A stretch of 32,000 nt of DNA. Origin: Bifidobacterium longum subsp. longum JCM 1217 (GTDB lineage Bacteria; Actinomycetota; Actinomycetes; Actinomycetales; Bifidobacteriaceae). This document shows positions 25,201-32,000 of the stretch, piece after piece. Within the stretch, counting starts at the first letter, position 1. Every line of letters begins with the position of its first letter. A program made the translations under genes and the position numbers. The DNA lies in NCBI RefSeq assembly GCF_000196555.1, contig NC_015067.1, positions 630,001-662,000 of the forward strand. Reading direction: 5' to 3'. The notes beneath the pieces were generated by a model. That model saw only the letters and a program-made list of their open reading frames with translations, had not been told where the DNA came from and searched no databases.

Positions 25201-25959
25201 GCGCATCGCCAGGTAACGCTCGAAGGCGGCCTTGACGGTGGCGTCATCGATGGTCACTTCGTCCAGCTCGGTGCCGAACGTGGTGTGACGGCAGTGGTCG
25301 GACCAGTAGGTGTCGATCACCTTGATTTCGGTGATGGTGGGCTCGCGGCTCTCCTCGCTGAAGTACTTCTGGCAGAATTCGAGGTCGGCCAGATCCATGG
25401 CCAGACCGCGCTCGTCGATGAACTTCTGGCCGGCTTCGGCGTCCATCTCGTTGAAACCGGCGATGGTCTCGACCTTGCCGGGCACCGGCACCTGGGTCTT
25501 CAGGGTTTCCTTGGTCTCCAGGCTGGCCTCGCGGGCCTCGACCGGGTTGATCGCGTAATGCTTGATGGTGTCCACGTCGGCGTCGGTCAGGTCGCCTTCC
25601 AGCGCGTACAGCTTGGCGGAGCGGACGGTCGGGCGCTCGCCCTGGGAGATGAGCTGGATGCATTCGGCGGCGGAGTCGGCGCGCTGGTCGAACTGGCCGG
25701 GCAGGAACTCGGTGGCGAAGACCTTGGCGCCGGCGAAGTCGGGCAGGTCGTAGGCCACATTGTCCACCTGAGGCTCGCTGAACACGGTGGGCACGGTCTG
25801 GTCGAACAGCTCCTGGGAGATGCCTTCGACGTCATAGCGGTTCACGATGCGCAGGGCCTTGAGGCCGGTCAGTCCGAGGATCGTGCGCAGTTCGCCCGCA
25901 AGCTGCTGGGCTTCGACATCAAAGCCGGGCTTCTTTTCCACGTACACGCGAAAAACCAT
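22225..25959 (-). CDS. purL: Phosphoribosylformylglycinamidine synthase, single-chain large form (FGAM synthetase)
   Basis: 1244-aa ORF with an N-terminal PurS-like region, the central duplicated PurM-like FGAM synthetase domains, and a C-terminal type-1 glutamine amidotransferase (GICNGFQAL ... HGEGR). AAAGGA RBS. Confidence 0.95.
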   Translation of the reverse strand: MVFRVYVEKKPGFDVEAQQLAGELRTILGLTGLKALRIVNRYDVEGISQELFDQTVPTVFSEPQVDNVAYDLPDFAGAKVFATEFLPGQFDQRADSAAECIQLISQGERPTVRSAKLYALEGDLTDADVDTIKHYAINPVEAREASLETKETLKTQVPVPGKVETIAGFNEMDAEAGQKFIDERGLAMDLADLEFCQKYFSEESREPTITEIKVIDTYWSDHCRHTTFGTELDEVTIDDATVKAAFERYLAMRHELGRDAKPVCLMDMGTIGAKWLKKNGVLTGLDESEEINACTVKVKVDVNGHDEDWLFLFKNETHNHPTEIEPFGGAATCIGGCIRDPLSGRSYVYQAMRVTGAADPTVPVSETLEGKLPQRKLVTTAAAGYSSYGNQIGLATGQVDEIYHPGYVAKRMEVGAVVAATPADHVRRETPAPGDKIILLGGRTGRDGIGGATGSSKAHNVESLELDGAEVQKGNAPVERKLQRLFRRGDACRLIKRCNDFGAGGVSVAVGELADGLFVDLNTVPKKYEGLDGTELAISESQERMAVDVAAEDVDEFLAYAREENLEATVIATVTEDPRMVMTWNGDKIVNLSREFLASNGASKHQTVHVEEQQSYETPWGEGTLAERMNKLVTDINVASNKGLSERFDSTIGAGTVLMPFGGKRQLTPNMAMVAKLPVFGETTTASAMAWGFNPYIMSKNQFTGAYLSVVESLAKLVAAGFEHEKAYLSFQEYFEKLRDEPERWGKPAAAVLGALMAQVDLGAGAIGGKDSMSGSFEDLDVPPTLISFAVAVGNMKRATSPEFKDADHRIVRIAPRYLADGLTPDKDALLEVFSVIEELTDFHDALAVSTPGYGATAEALFKMTLGNRIGVTLNNSIAVDDLFTPAYGSFIVELADDAKLPAVSNLVEIGEIGTTTSEYVFKAAGETLDLDAVQEAWESGIESVFPYRSKGEDKGATVETIDFHAPKKTVYVGSSVAKPHVVIPVFPGNNCEYDSAAAFERAGADVTTLIVNNLTPAAVAESTQALVDEINKSQIVMIPGGFSGGDEPDGSAKFITAFFRAPAVTEAVRDLLKNRDGLMLGICNGFQALVKLGLVPYGDIVPMTDACPTLTFNTIGRHQSRLVRTRVASDLSPWLSKTSVGDIHTVAISHGEGRFVASDEVLAQLRANGQIATQYVDETGTPGMDLDVNPNGSLLAIEGITSPDGRVFGKMGHSERSGNGLYVNVPGNKYQPIFEAGVEYFTA

Positions 25960-25988
25960 GGAAATCCTTTCTTGAAATTAAAGACAAT

Positions 25989-26012
25989 TGGCTCCCCTCG
26001 AGAGGGGAGCCA
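25989..26012. repeat. Hairpin repeat element (copy b, hairpin module only) in the purC-purL intercistronic spacer
   Basis: TGGCTCCCCT-cgag-AGGGGAGCCA: 10-bp stem with the same stem sequence as copy a. Confidence 0.75.
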
Positions 26013-26021
26013 GATAATGCA

Positions 26022-26774
26022 TTACTCGGCGACTTCGATGCCTTCGGACTTGGCGAGTTCGGCGAGGCGCTCCTCGATCTCTTCGTAGGCCGGGATGATG
26101 CTGCCGAGACCACGGCGGAACAGGTCCTTGTCAAGGTGCTCGACCTTGCCGGAGTGGTCCTTCTGGTCCCACAGACGGCAGGAATCCGGGGTGATCTCGT
26201 CGGCCAACAGCAGCGTGCCGTCGGTGGCGCGGCCCATTTCGATCTTGAAGTCGACCAGCTTGACGTCGATCTTGGCGAAGATCTCGATCAGGGCCTCGTT
26301 AATCTTGCGGGCCAGCGGGGCGATCTCGGCGAGATCCTCGCGAGTGCATACGCCGAGGGCCACCAGGTCATCGTCGTTGACGAACGGATCGTGCAGATCA
26401 TCGTTCTTCAGGAAGTACTCAAGTACCGGCTCCTTGAGCGGCAGGCCTTCCTCCACGCCCAGACGGGAGCAGAAGTGGCCGGCGGCCACGTTGCGCAGCA
26501 CGATCTCCAACGGGAACATGTTCACCTTGCGCACCAGCTGGCCGGTGTCGTCCACTCGCTTGATAAGGTGGCTGTCGATGCCGCGCTTCTTGAGCAGGTC
26601 GAAGATGATGGTGGTGATGAGGTTGTTCAGACGGCCCTTGCCGGTGAAGTCTTCCTTCTTTTCACCATCGCCAGCGGTGGCGGTGTTCTTGTATTCGACC
26701 CACAGAACCTCGGGATCGTCGGTTGCGTACAGTTGCTTGGCCTTGCCCTCGTAGAGCTTTTCCAGCTTCTCCAT
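26022..26774 (-). CDS. purC: Phosphoribosylaminoimidazole-succinocarboxamide synthase (SAICAR synthetase)
   Basis: 250 aa, [16 protein letters not shown]..., LIPLE-type motif ([14 protein letters not shown]), [12 protein letters not shown]. Confidence 0.95.
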   Translation of the reverse strand: MEKLEKLYEGKAKQLYATDDPEVLWVEYKNTATAGDGEKKEDFTGKGRLNNLITTIIFDLLKKRGIDSHLIKRVDDTGQLVRKVNMFPLEIVLRNVAAGHFCSRLGVEEGLPLKEPVLEYFLKNDDLHDPFVNDDDLVALGVCTREDLAEIAPLARKINEALIEIFAKIDVKLVDFKIEMGRATDGTLLLADEITPDSCRLWDQKDHSGKVEHLDKDLFRRGLGSIIPAYEEIEERLAELAKSEGIEVAE

Positions 26775-27040
26775 GACTCACCTTTCAGGAGTGGAATTTC
26801 TGGGTGAACTAACGGTAAAAGGGTACCAATCGAGGGCTACAACAACACTCAGCATGACGCTACGATGCGGCCGGCGCATCATACGTCGCTGCATCGAACG
26901 GCCATACGCTGTTGGGATGGCGGAGGCGGCCGTCATTGGCCAGTACGATCAGCTCGTCTCCGGTCGTGTAGCCTTCCGGCATGAAGGTATCTGCAGAAGC
27001 GCGTGTGAATACTCAGATGTTCGTCAATAGACGAAACATG

Positions 27041-27154
27041 ACTCTTCGGCCATATACACACGATAATGGGAGTGACGAAATGGTACAAGGAGGTTCGTCA
27101 TGATCGTTCATCCACGACCCGGACGGCAATAATATTGAGGCCATGCTGAGCTGA
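27041..27154 (+). pseudogene. Possible decayed 3' fragment of a glyoxalase/VOC-family gene
   Basis: The frame ending at TGA 27152-27154 reads ...QGGSS*SFIHDPDGNNIEAMLS*. The xF.DPDGNxIE C-terminus is typical of the VOC superfamily. An in-frame TGA at 27101 and the absence of an upstream domain indicate a relic. Confidence 0.35.
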
Positions 27155-27166
27155 TCAGGCCGTGGA

Positions 27167-28510
27167 CTACTCCACGGTAATCGTCAACGCATCGGCCACG
27201 AGGCCGGCCTTGGCACGGGCGTCGGCTTCGGACTCGCCGACGGCCAGTGCCACGGCCATGCGGCGGTGGCCATGCACTTCGGGCTTGGCAAAAATGCGCA
27301 GGTCCGTGCCGGGTTCGGCCAGAGCAGCGGCCACATCGGTGAACTCGACCTCACCGTCGCCGGCCACCACAATCGCATGGCTTGCCGCCACCGAGCCGGC
27401 CGGAATCGTGAGCGACACATGCTCGGGGGTGATCGGCAGGCCGAGAATCGCGCGGGCGTGCAGCGCGAACTCGCTCAGACGCTGGGAGGCCATTGTCACC
27501 ATACCGGTATCGTGCGGACGGGGGGAGACCTCGTTGAACAGAATCGAGCCGTCGGTGAGCACGAACAGTTCCACGCCGAATACGCCCCAACCGGTTTCGC
27601 CGGCCGCCTGAGCCTTGGCCACCAAGCCTTCAACGGCGGTACGTGCGATGTCGCGCGCCCGCTCGGCCTCACCATCGGGTTCGGTAGCCGGCTGCCAGGA
27701 CTCGCGGTAATCGCCGGACTCCTGACGTTGGCCGATCGGCGCGCACGTCACAATGCCGGCGGACGAAGAAACAGTCAGTACCGTCAGCTCACGCTCCAGC
27801 GGAGCAAGCGCCTCAACGATCACGCGCGACACATCGCCCTCATCGGCGGCGCGGCGGCCCTCCTGCGCTTCGGTCCAAGCGGCATCGATGGCGTCGGCGG
27901 AACGCACCACCGACTGGCCGTGACCAGACGAGCTCATCACCGGCTTGACCACGCACGGATAGCCGACTTCCGAAGCTCCGGCGCGCAGCTCTTCCAGCGA
28001 GCCGGCAAAACGATACGGTGTAGTCGGCAAGCCCAATTCTTCGTGGGCCAGTACGCGCAGGCGCTCGCGGTCCATGCAAATCGCGGCGATTTCGGCGCTC
28101 GGCACCACCTGGGCGCCCGCGGCCGCAGTACCGGCCAGCACATCGGTGGCGATGGCCTCTACCTCGGGCACGATGATGTCCGGCTTGATTTCATCGAACA
28201 ATGCCTGCAATTCGGCGGCATTCGCCATATCCAACGCGCGATATTCATGCGCCACCTGCTGGGCCGGAGCGCCGGCATACGAGTCAGCGGCGCACACCCA
28301 CGCGCCCAGTCGCATGAGCTCGATGGCCACTTCCTTGCCCAGCTCACCAGCGCCCAAAAACAGCACGCGGGTGGGGTGCTTGCCCAGCGGTGTGCCCAGC
28401 GGGCGGTTGGCTGCGCGAGTTGCGGGGGAGACGGCGGAAGTCTCGGCGGGAATTGCGGGAGAGGAGGTGGAAGTCACGGCAGTATTTACGGCGTTCTCAG
28501 TCATACCCAC
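27167..28510 (-). CDS. purT: Formate-dependent phosphoribosylglycinamide formyltransferase (GAR transformylase 2)
   Basis: Colinear with the E. coli PurT sequence as I recall it (RVLFLGAGELGKEVAIE, IVPEVEAIATD, YPCVVKPVMSSSGHGQS, GDYRESWQP, FNEVSPRPHDTG). It has a ~35-aa Ser/Thr/Ala-rich N-terminal extension. The start is GTG 28510 or ATG 28504. Confidence 0.92.
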   Translation of the reverse strand: MGMTENAVNTAVTSTSSPAIPAETSAVSPATRAANRPLGTPLGKHPTRVLFLGAGELGKEVAIELMRLGAWVCAADSYAGAPAQQVAHEYRALDMANAAELQALFDEIKPDIIVPEVEAIATDVLAGTAAAGAQVVPSAEIAAICMDRERLRVLAHEELGLPTTPYRFAGSLEELRAGASEVGYPCVVKPVMSSSGHGQSVVRSADAIDAAWTEAQEGRRAADEGDVSRVIVEALAPLERELTVLTVSSSAGIVTCAPIGQRQESGDYRESWQPATEPDGEAERARDIARTAVEGLVAKAQAAGETGWGVFGVELFVLTDGSILFNEVSPRPHDTGMVTMASQRLSEFALHARAILGLPITPEHVSLTIPAGSVAASHAIVVAGDGEVEFTDVAAALAEPGTDLRIFAKPEVHGHRRMAVALAVGESEADARAKAGLVADALTITVE

Positions 28511-28677
28511 ATTCTGCCATGCCGCGATGATTTCGCCTATGCGGGGCTCGGATTCGGCGACGTGCGCTGCGGAGCGCGTGATTCAATATTGGGCAAAATG
28601 CGGCAGCCCATACCATTTCATACGCGTTCAGGCAGCGCGGCCGACGCCATTGCAGCGCGGTGGTTTAGGATGAGGCA

Positions 28678-29838
28678 ATGCGCGAAAACGGGATTGAAGA
28701 GAGCATTGATCGTCCGCTGACTATCGCTCTTGTGGTCGATACGGTGGGCAATCAGGGCAACGGCACCTCCAATTCGGCCTTGCAATGGGCTGCAGAATTG
28801 GAGCGGCAAGGCCATCATGTGAGGCTTGTCGGTATAGGGGCGCCCGAATATCCGGCGCGCGTGAATAGGGTGCCGCTCGTCTCGTGGGTGGCCGCCAAGC
28901 AGCTCATGCAATTCGCCGAACCCAGCGACACGTTGTTCCGCACCGCCTTTCAAGGCGTGGATGTGGTGCATATCTATATGCCGTTCAAATTCGGCCGTCG
29001 TGCCGCTAAAGTCGCCCACCAAATGGGCATTCCCGTGACTGCCGGATTCCACCTGCAGCCGGAGAACGTGCTGTATTCGGCCGGCCCTCTACGTCGCATT
29101 CCCGGTATTTCCAGCTTCCTGTACTGGCTGTTCAAGCACTGGCTGTACAAGCACATTGACCACATCCATGTGCCCACCGAAATGACCGCGAGCCTGTTGC
29201 GCGCGCACGGGTATAAAGCCAAGTTGCACGTGATTTCCAATGGTTATTCACCGGTGTATTCGCCGAAGAAGCCGGCCGATCCGGATGCCTCGGCTCCCGT
29301 GCCGTTCCGCGTCATCGCTTCCGGCCGACTGGCTAGCGAGAAAGATCAGATTACGCTGATCAAGGCGGTGTCGATGTCCCGGCACGCCGGCGATATTCAG
29401 CTGGTGATCGCCGGTACTGGGCCGCTCAAGCAGTATCTCAAGTTCCGCGCCGGGCGTTTGCTGGCGCGCAAGGCCGATATCGGATTCCACAAGCACGCCG
29501 ATATGCCCGATTTGTTGCGTTCGGGCGATTTGTTCGTGCATTGTTCGATTGCCGACATCGAATCGGTGAGCGTGATCGAGGCGATGGCGTGCGGATTGGT
29601 GCCGGTGATCGCCGCGTCCGAACTGTCGGCGGCCAGCCAGTTCGCGCTGATCGACGAGTCGTTGTTCCCCGTGCGGGACGCGGCCCTGCTGGCCCGACGC
29701 ATCGATTGGTGGATCGCACATCAGGCCGAGCGCGCCGAATGGGGCGAAAAATACGCCGAATACACCAAGGCGCATTATTCCGTGGAAGCCTCGGTCCACA
29801 AGTTCGTGGATATGGAACGCAAGGCGATAGGGGAGTAG
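28678..29838 (+). CDS. GT-B fold glycosyltransferase, family 4-like (possibly a glycolipid or cell-envelope glycosyltransferase)
   Basis: 386 aa, N-terminal G-rich sugar-acceptor domain, C-terminal EX7E-type motif (ESVSVIEAMACGLVPV). Divergent from purT. Confidence 0.85.
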   Translation: MRENGIEESIDRPLTIALVVDTVGNQGNGTSNSALQWAAELERQGHHVRLVGIGAPEYPARVNRVPLVSWVAAKQLMQFAEPSDTLFRTAFQGVDVVHIYMPFKFGRRAAKVAHQMGIPVTAGFHLQPENVLYSAGPLRRIPGISSFLYWLFKHWLYKHIDHIHVPTEMTASLLRAHGYKAKLHVISNGYSPVYSPKKPADPDASAPVPFRVIASGRLASEKDQITLIKAVSMSRHAGDIQLVIAGTGPLKQYLKFRAGRLLARKADIGFHKHADMPDLLRSGDLFVHCSIADIESVSVIEAMACGLVPVIAASELSAASQFALIDESLFPVRDAALLARRIDWWIAHQAERAEWGEKYAEYTKAHYSVEASVHKFVDMERKAIGE

Positions 29839-29866
29839 GAGCCTTCTCGTTTGCGGAGAGGTCTTT

Positions 29867-29966
29867 CCCTCAGTCCGCCTGCGGCGGCCAGCTCCCTCAT
29901 CAGAGGGATCTACGAAAAAACCTCCCTCTGATGAGGGAGGTGGCATCGCGAAGCGATGACGGAGGG
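29867..29966. repeat. Two copies (d1, d2) of the composite hairpin repeat in inverted orientation between the convergent GT4 and ltaE genes
   Basis: d1 (reverse orientation): CCCTCAGTCCGCCTGCGGCGGCCAGCTCCCTCATCAGAGGGA (29867-29908). d2: CCTCCCTC-tgat-GAGGGAGG TGGCATCGCGAAGCGATGAC GGAGGG (29921-29966). The two hairpin modules are also mutually complementary (CCCTCATCAGAGGGA / TCCCTCTGATGAGGG). Confidence 0.7.
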
Positions 29967-29984
29967 AGAGATTAGCGAAGGGTT

Positions 29985-31010
29985 TTACAACAACTCAATA
30001 AGTTGATCGACCTCTTCAGGCGTGGTGGCCCAGCTGGTGCAGATGCGCATCACGGTGTGCGTGTCGTCGGCCTTTTCGGTAAAGCCGAGCTTGATCTCGC
30101 GCTCCAGACGGTCGATGGTCGGCTGATCCATCGTCACGAAAATCTGGTTGGTGGGCGCTTCGAAAGTGAGCGTGTAGCCCTTGGCGCGCAGGGCCTCGCG
30201 AATACGATCGGCCGCCTCATTGGCGTTGCGGGCGATCTTGAAATACAGGTTGTCGGTGAACAAAGCGTCAAACTGCGCGCCCAGCACAAAGCCCTTGGCC
30301 AGCAAGGCACCGTGCTGCTTGATGAGGGTCAAGAAGTGCTTCGGCGTGTTGTGCTTGGTAAACACCACGGCCTCGCCGAACAGGGCACCCACCTTGGTAC
30401 CGCCGATGTAGAACACGTCGGCGATGGTCGCCAGATCCGCGAGCGTCATGTCTGAACCGGTGGCGGTCAGCGCGTAGCCGAGTCGCGCGCCATCCACGAA
30501 CAGCGGCATGTCGTACTTGTGCGCCACATCGGCGATGGCCTGCAACTCGGCCTTGGAGTAGATGGTGCCATATTCGGTGCTTTGCGAGACGTACACGGAG
30601 CCCGGGAACACCATGTGCTCGTAGTTGCCGTCCGCATAGAAGGTCTTGCAGAACTCGTCCAGTTCGGTCGGGTCCATTTTGCCGTTGTGCTGGGGAATCG
30701 TGAGCACCTTGTGCCCGGAGAACTCGATGGCGCCGGCCTCGTGCACGTTCGGATGGCCGGAGGCGACCGCGACCACGCCTGCATACGCCGGGGTGATGGT
30801 GTCGATGACGACCTGGTTGGTCTGCGTGCCGCCGACGAGGAACCACACATCCGCGTCCGGCTGGCCGCAGGCCTCGCGGATCTTGGCCTTGGCCTGATCG
30901 CTCAGTTCGTCGGACCCGTAGCCCGAATACAGATGGTTGTTGGCTTCAGCCACGGCTTCAAGCACCGCGGGATGGGCGGCGCGGGAGTAATCGTTCTCAA
31001 AAGACAGCAT
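29985..31010 (-). CDS. ltaE: PLP-dependent low-specificity L-threonine aldolase (beta-eliminating lyase family)
   Basis: 341 aa, MLSFENDYS..., GGTQTNQ, PLP-Lys context YIGGTKVGAL. Start at ATG 31010. The track ORF's extra 76 N-terminal residues are a read-through of the tRNA-His gene. Confidence 0.85.
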   Translation of the reverse strand: MLSFENDYSRAAHPAVLEAVAEANNHLYSGYGSDELSDQAKAKIREACGQPDADVWFLVGGTQTNQVVIDTITPAYAGVVAVASGHPNVHEAGAIEFSGHKVLTIPQHNGKMDPTELDEFCKTFYADGNYEHMVFPGSVYVSQSTEYGTIYSKAELQAIADVAHKYDMPLFVDGARLGYALTATGSDMTLADLATIADVFYIGGTKVGALFGEAVVFTKHNTPKHFLTLIKQHGALLAKGFVLGAQFDALFTDNLYFKIARNANEAADRIREALRAKGYTLTFEAPTNQIFVTMDQPTIDRLEREIKLGFTEKADDTHTVMRICTSWATTPEEVDQLIELL

Positions 31011-31121
31011 GACGGACCTTTTGTCCTTATGTTCGGTGAATTGGATATGCCCTGAGTGTACAACGCGGTGGTTCCCGGCATGCCTATTTGGCCTATAACC
31101 CAGGAGCGGGGAATTCAGGGA

Positions 31122-31156
31122 GAAAAAACAAAACCCTTCCGCGAACGGAAGGGTTT
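31122..31156 (-). terminator. Rho-independent terminator immediately after tRNA-His
   Basis: Minus strand: AAACCCTTCCG-ttcg-CGGAAGGGTTT followed by TGTTTTTTC. Confidence 0.85.
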
Positions 31157-31159
31157 TAC

Positions 31160-31236
31160 TGGGGTGGCCAACGCGGCTCGAACGCGCGACCTTCTGAACC
31201 ACAATCAGATGCTCTACCAACTGAGCTATGGCCACC
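31160..31236 (-). tRNA. tRNA-His (anticodon GTG) with encoded G-1 and 3' CCA
   Basis: Minus strand: GGTGGCCATAGCTCAGTTGGTAGAGCATCTGATTGTGGTTCAGAAGGTCGCGCGTTCGAGCCGCGTTGGCCACCCCA. It forms a cloverleaf with anticodon loop TTGTGGT and T-loop GTTCGAGC. The extra 5' G pairs with C73, as in bacterial tRNA-His. Confidence 0.95.
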
Positions 31237-31571
31237 ATAGTGCCGTATTCAGCAAGCTGAATTCGCGCAACAGGTGAATACTATACACAACTTTGCGGAT
31301 GTGTGCTCATCGGTGTGTCGCGATGGAATCAAGTGGTCGGTTTCATTCTTGGGGCCAGGCTGCGGGCTGTCTCAGATGGCGGGATGTGGATGAGTGGGTC
31401 TTGTGCGGCGATTGATGAAAAGTCAAGGCACACGACGGTGTGATGGTACGACCGGGGATTGCAGAAATGATTACGTGAGTGTTCGCAATGTGAGCATTAT
31501 GTTTCATATCAACCGCGACCCGCCTAGTTTCATGCGATGTTACCTACACCAAACAAGGGAAGAGAAACACC

Positions 31572-32000
31572 ATGGAAAAGGTTAAAGCCTTTGCAGATTG
31601 GCTGACCAAGTGGTTTACGGTCATCGTCATCGTCTGGGCCGTCTTCAACTACTTCGTGCCGGCCGCCAGCTTGTGGGGCAAGGCGTACACCGGCTACATG
31701 CTGGGCATCGTGCTGTTCGGCATGGGCCTGACCCTGACGCTGGACGACTTCAAGCGCATCCTGACCCAGCCGCTGATGGTCATCGTCGGCACCGTAGCTC
31801 ACTTCATCATCATGCCGCTCATCGCCGTGGCCCTGTGCGCGATCTTCCACCTGTCCGGCCCGCTGGCCGTGGGCGTGATTCTCGTCGGCTGCTGCCCGTC
31901 TGGCACCTCCTCCAACGTGATGAGCTACCTGTCCCGTGGTGACGTGGCCCTCGATGTCTCCATCGGCATCCTCTCCACCCTGTGCGCCCCGTTCATGATT
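31572..32000 (+). CDS. Bile acid:Na+ symporter (BASS/SBF) family transporter, 5' part (continues beyond the window)
   Basis: Open frame of 143 codons to the window end: MEKVKAFADWLTKWFTVIVIVWAVFNYF...LGIVLFGMGLTLTLDDFKRIL...GVILVGCCPSGTSSNVMSYLSRGDVALDVS. The CCPGGT/SN-type signature is as I recall it for the SBF family. GGGAAGAG RBS. Confidence 0.85.
   Translation, partial: MEKVKAFADWLTKWFTVIVIVWAVFNYFVPAASLWGKAYTGYMLGIVLFGMGLTLTLDDFKRILTQPLMVIVGTVAHFIIMPLIAVALCAIFHLSGPLAVGVILVGCCPSGTSSNVMSYLSRGDVALDVSIGILSTLCAPFMI

Noticed and set aside
22144-26088. 1314-aa ORF on the plus strand spanning the whole purL locus
   Set aside because: It is exactly antisense to an unambiguous purL gene. The translation is low-complexity (G/A/V/H/D/L/R-rich) with no recognisable motifs. 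Long stop-free antisense frames are expected in high-GC coding DNA.
26775-26900. Purine or ZTP riboswitch upstream of purC; the same check was made upstream of purT (28511-28677)
   Set aside because: By eye there is no guanine/adenine aptamer core (U-rich junction, CCGACUA-type 3' segment) and no ZTP pseudoknot (CCGCCUGGGC). This is not a computational search.
27100-27132. 10-codon ORF (MIVHPRPGRQ*) with a perfect AAGGAGG RBS, considered as a leader peptide
   Set aside because: Nothing lies downstream on that strand for it to regulate, because purT converges on it. The AAGGAGG most likely is former coding sequence (QGG) of the decayed VOC-like gene.
27266-28720. 484-aa plus-strand ORF
   Set aside because: It is antisense to purT, which aligns along its full length with known PurT. 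The ORF would also run into the GT4 gene start.
4681-29966. Whether the recurring hairpin repeats constitute a CRISPR array
   Set aside because: The copies are kilobases apart, in different orientations, not separated by uniform spacers, and differ in sequence. No cas genes are present. They behave like dispersed REP-type elements.
31011-31238. N-terminal 76 residues of the 417-aa track ORF 29985-31238
   Set aside because: The peptide MVAIAQLVEHLIVVQKVARSSRVGHP is the characteristic spurious translation of a tRNA gene (tRNA-His here). The ORF also crosses the tRNA terminator. The threonine aldolase homology begins at MLSFENDY (ATG 31010).

Overview
High-GC, actinobacterial-looking chromosome segment. 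Gene content, codon bias and the hairpin repeat family suggest Bifidobacterium, but that is an inference. The backbone is de novo purine biosynthesis on the minus strand: purF-purM-purD (6287->2324), purC-purL (26774->22225) and purT (28510->27167). Other genes lie between and around these clusters:
- a class-3 aldehyde dehydrogenase with a ~90-aa insertion
- a polar amino-acid ABC importer
- an AhcY-like / amidohydrolase-deaminase / DUF985-cupin operon
- a Y-family DNA polymerase plus YolD-like gene behind a perfect LexA (SOS) box
- an aldo/keto reductase
- a divergent LysR and NhaC-like transporter pair
- an esterase / HxxxD-acyltransferase / zinc-ribbon membrane protein operon
- a GT4 glycosyltransferase, a threonine aldolase, tRNA-His, and the 5' part of a bile-acid:Na+ symporter family gene

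I saw no CRISPR array, IS element, prophage or recognisable defence system.

The most unusual signals:
1. A family of composite GC-rich hairpin repeats. It sits between pur cistrons and between convergent genes, and one copy is embedded in-frame inside the esterase gene.
2. An AT-richer, MITE-like nested inverted-repeat element between ALDH and purD.
3. The uncharacterised esterase / acyltransferase / Zn-ribbon membrane operon.
4. An AhcY-fold protein that lacks the canonical histidines and is linked to a deaminase and a cupin.

Many long ORFs in the supplied track are antisense shadow ORFs typical of high-GC DNA and were rejected.
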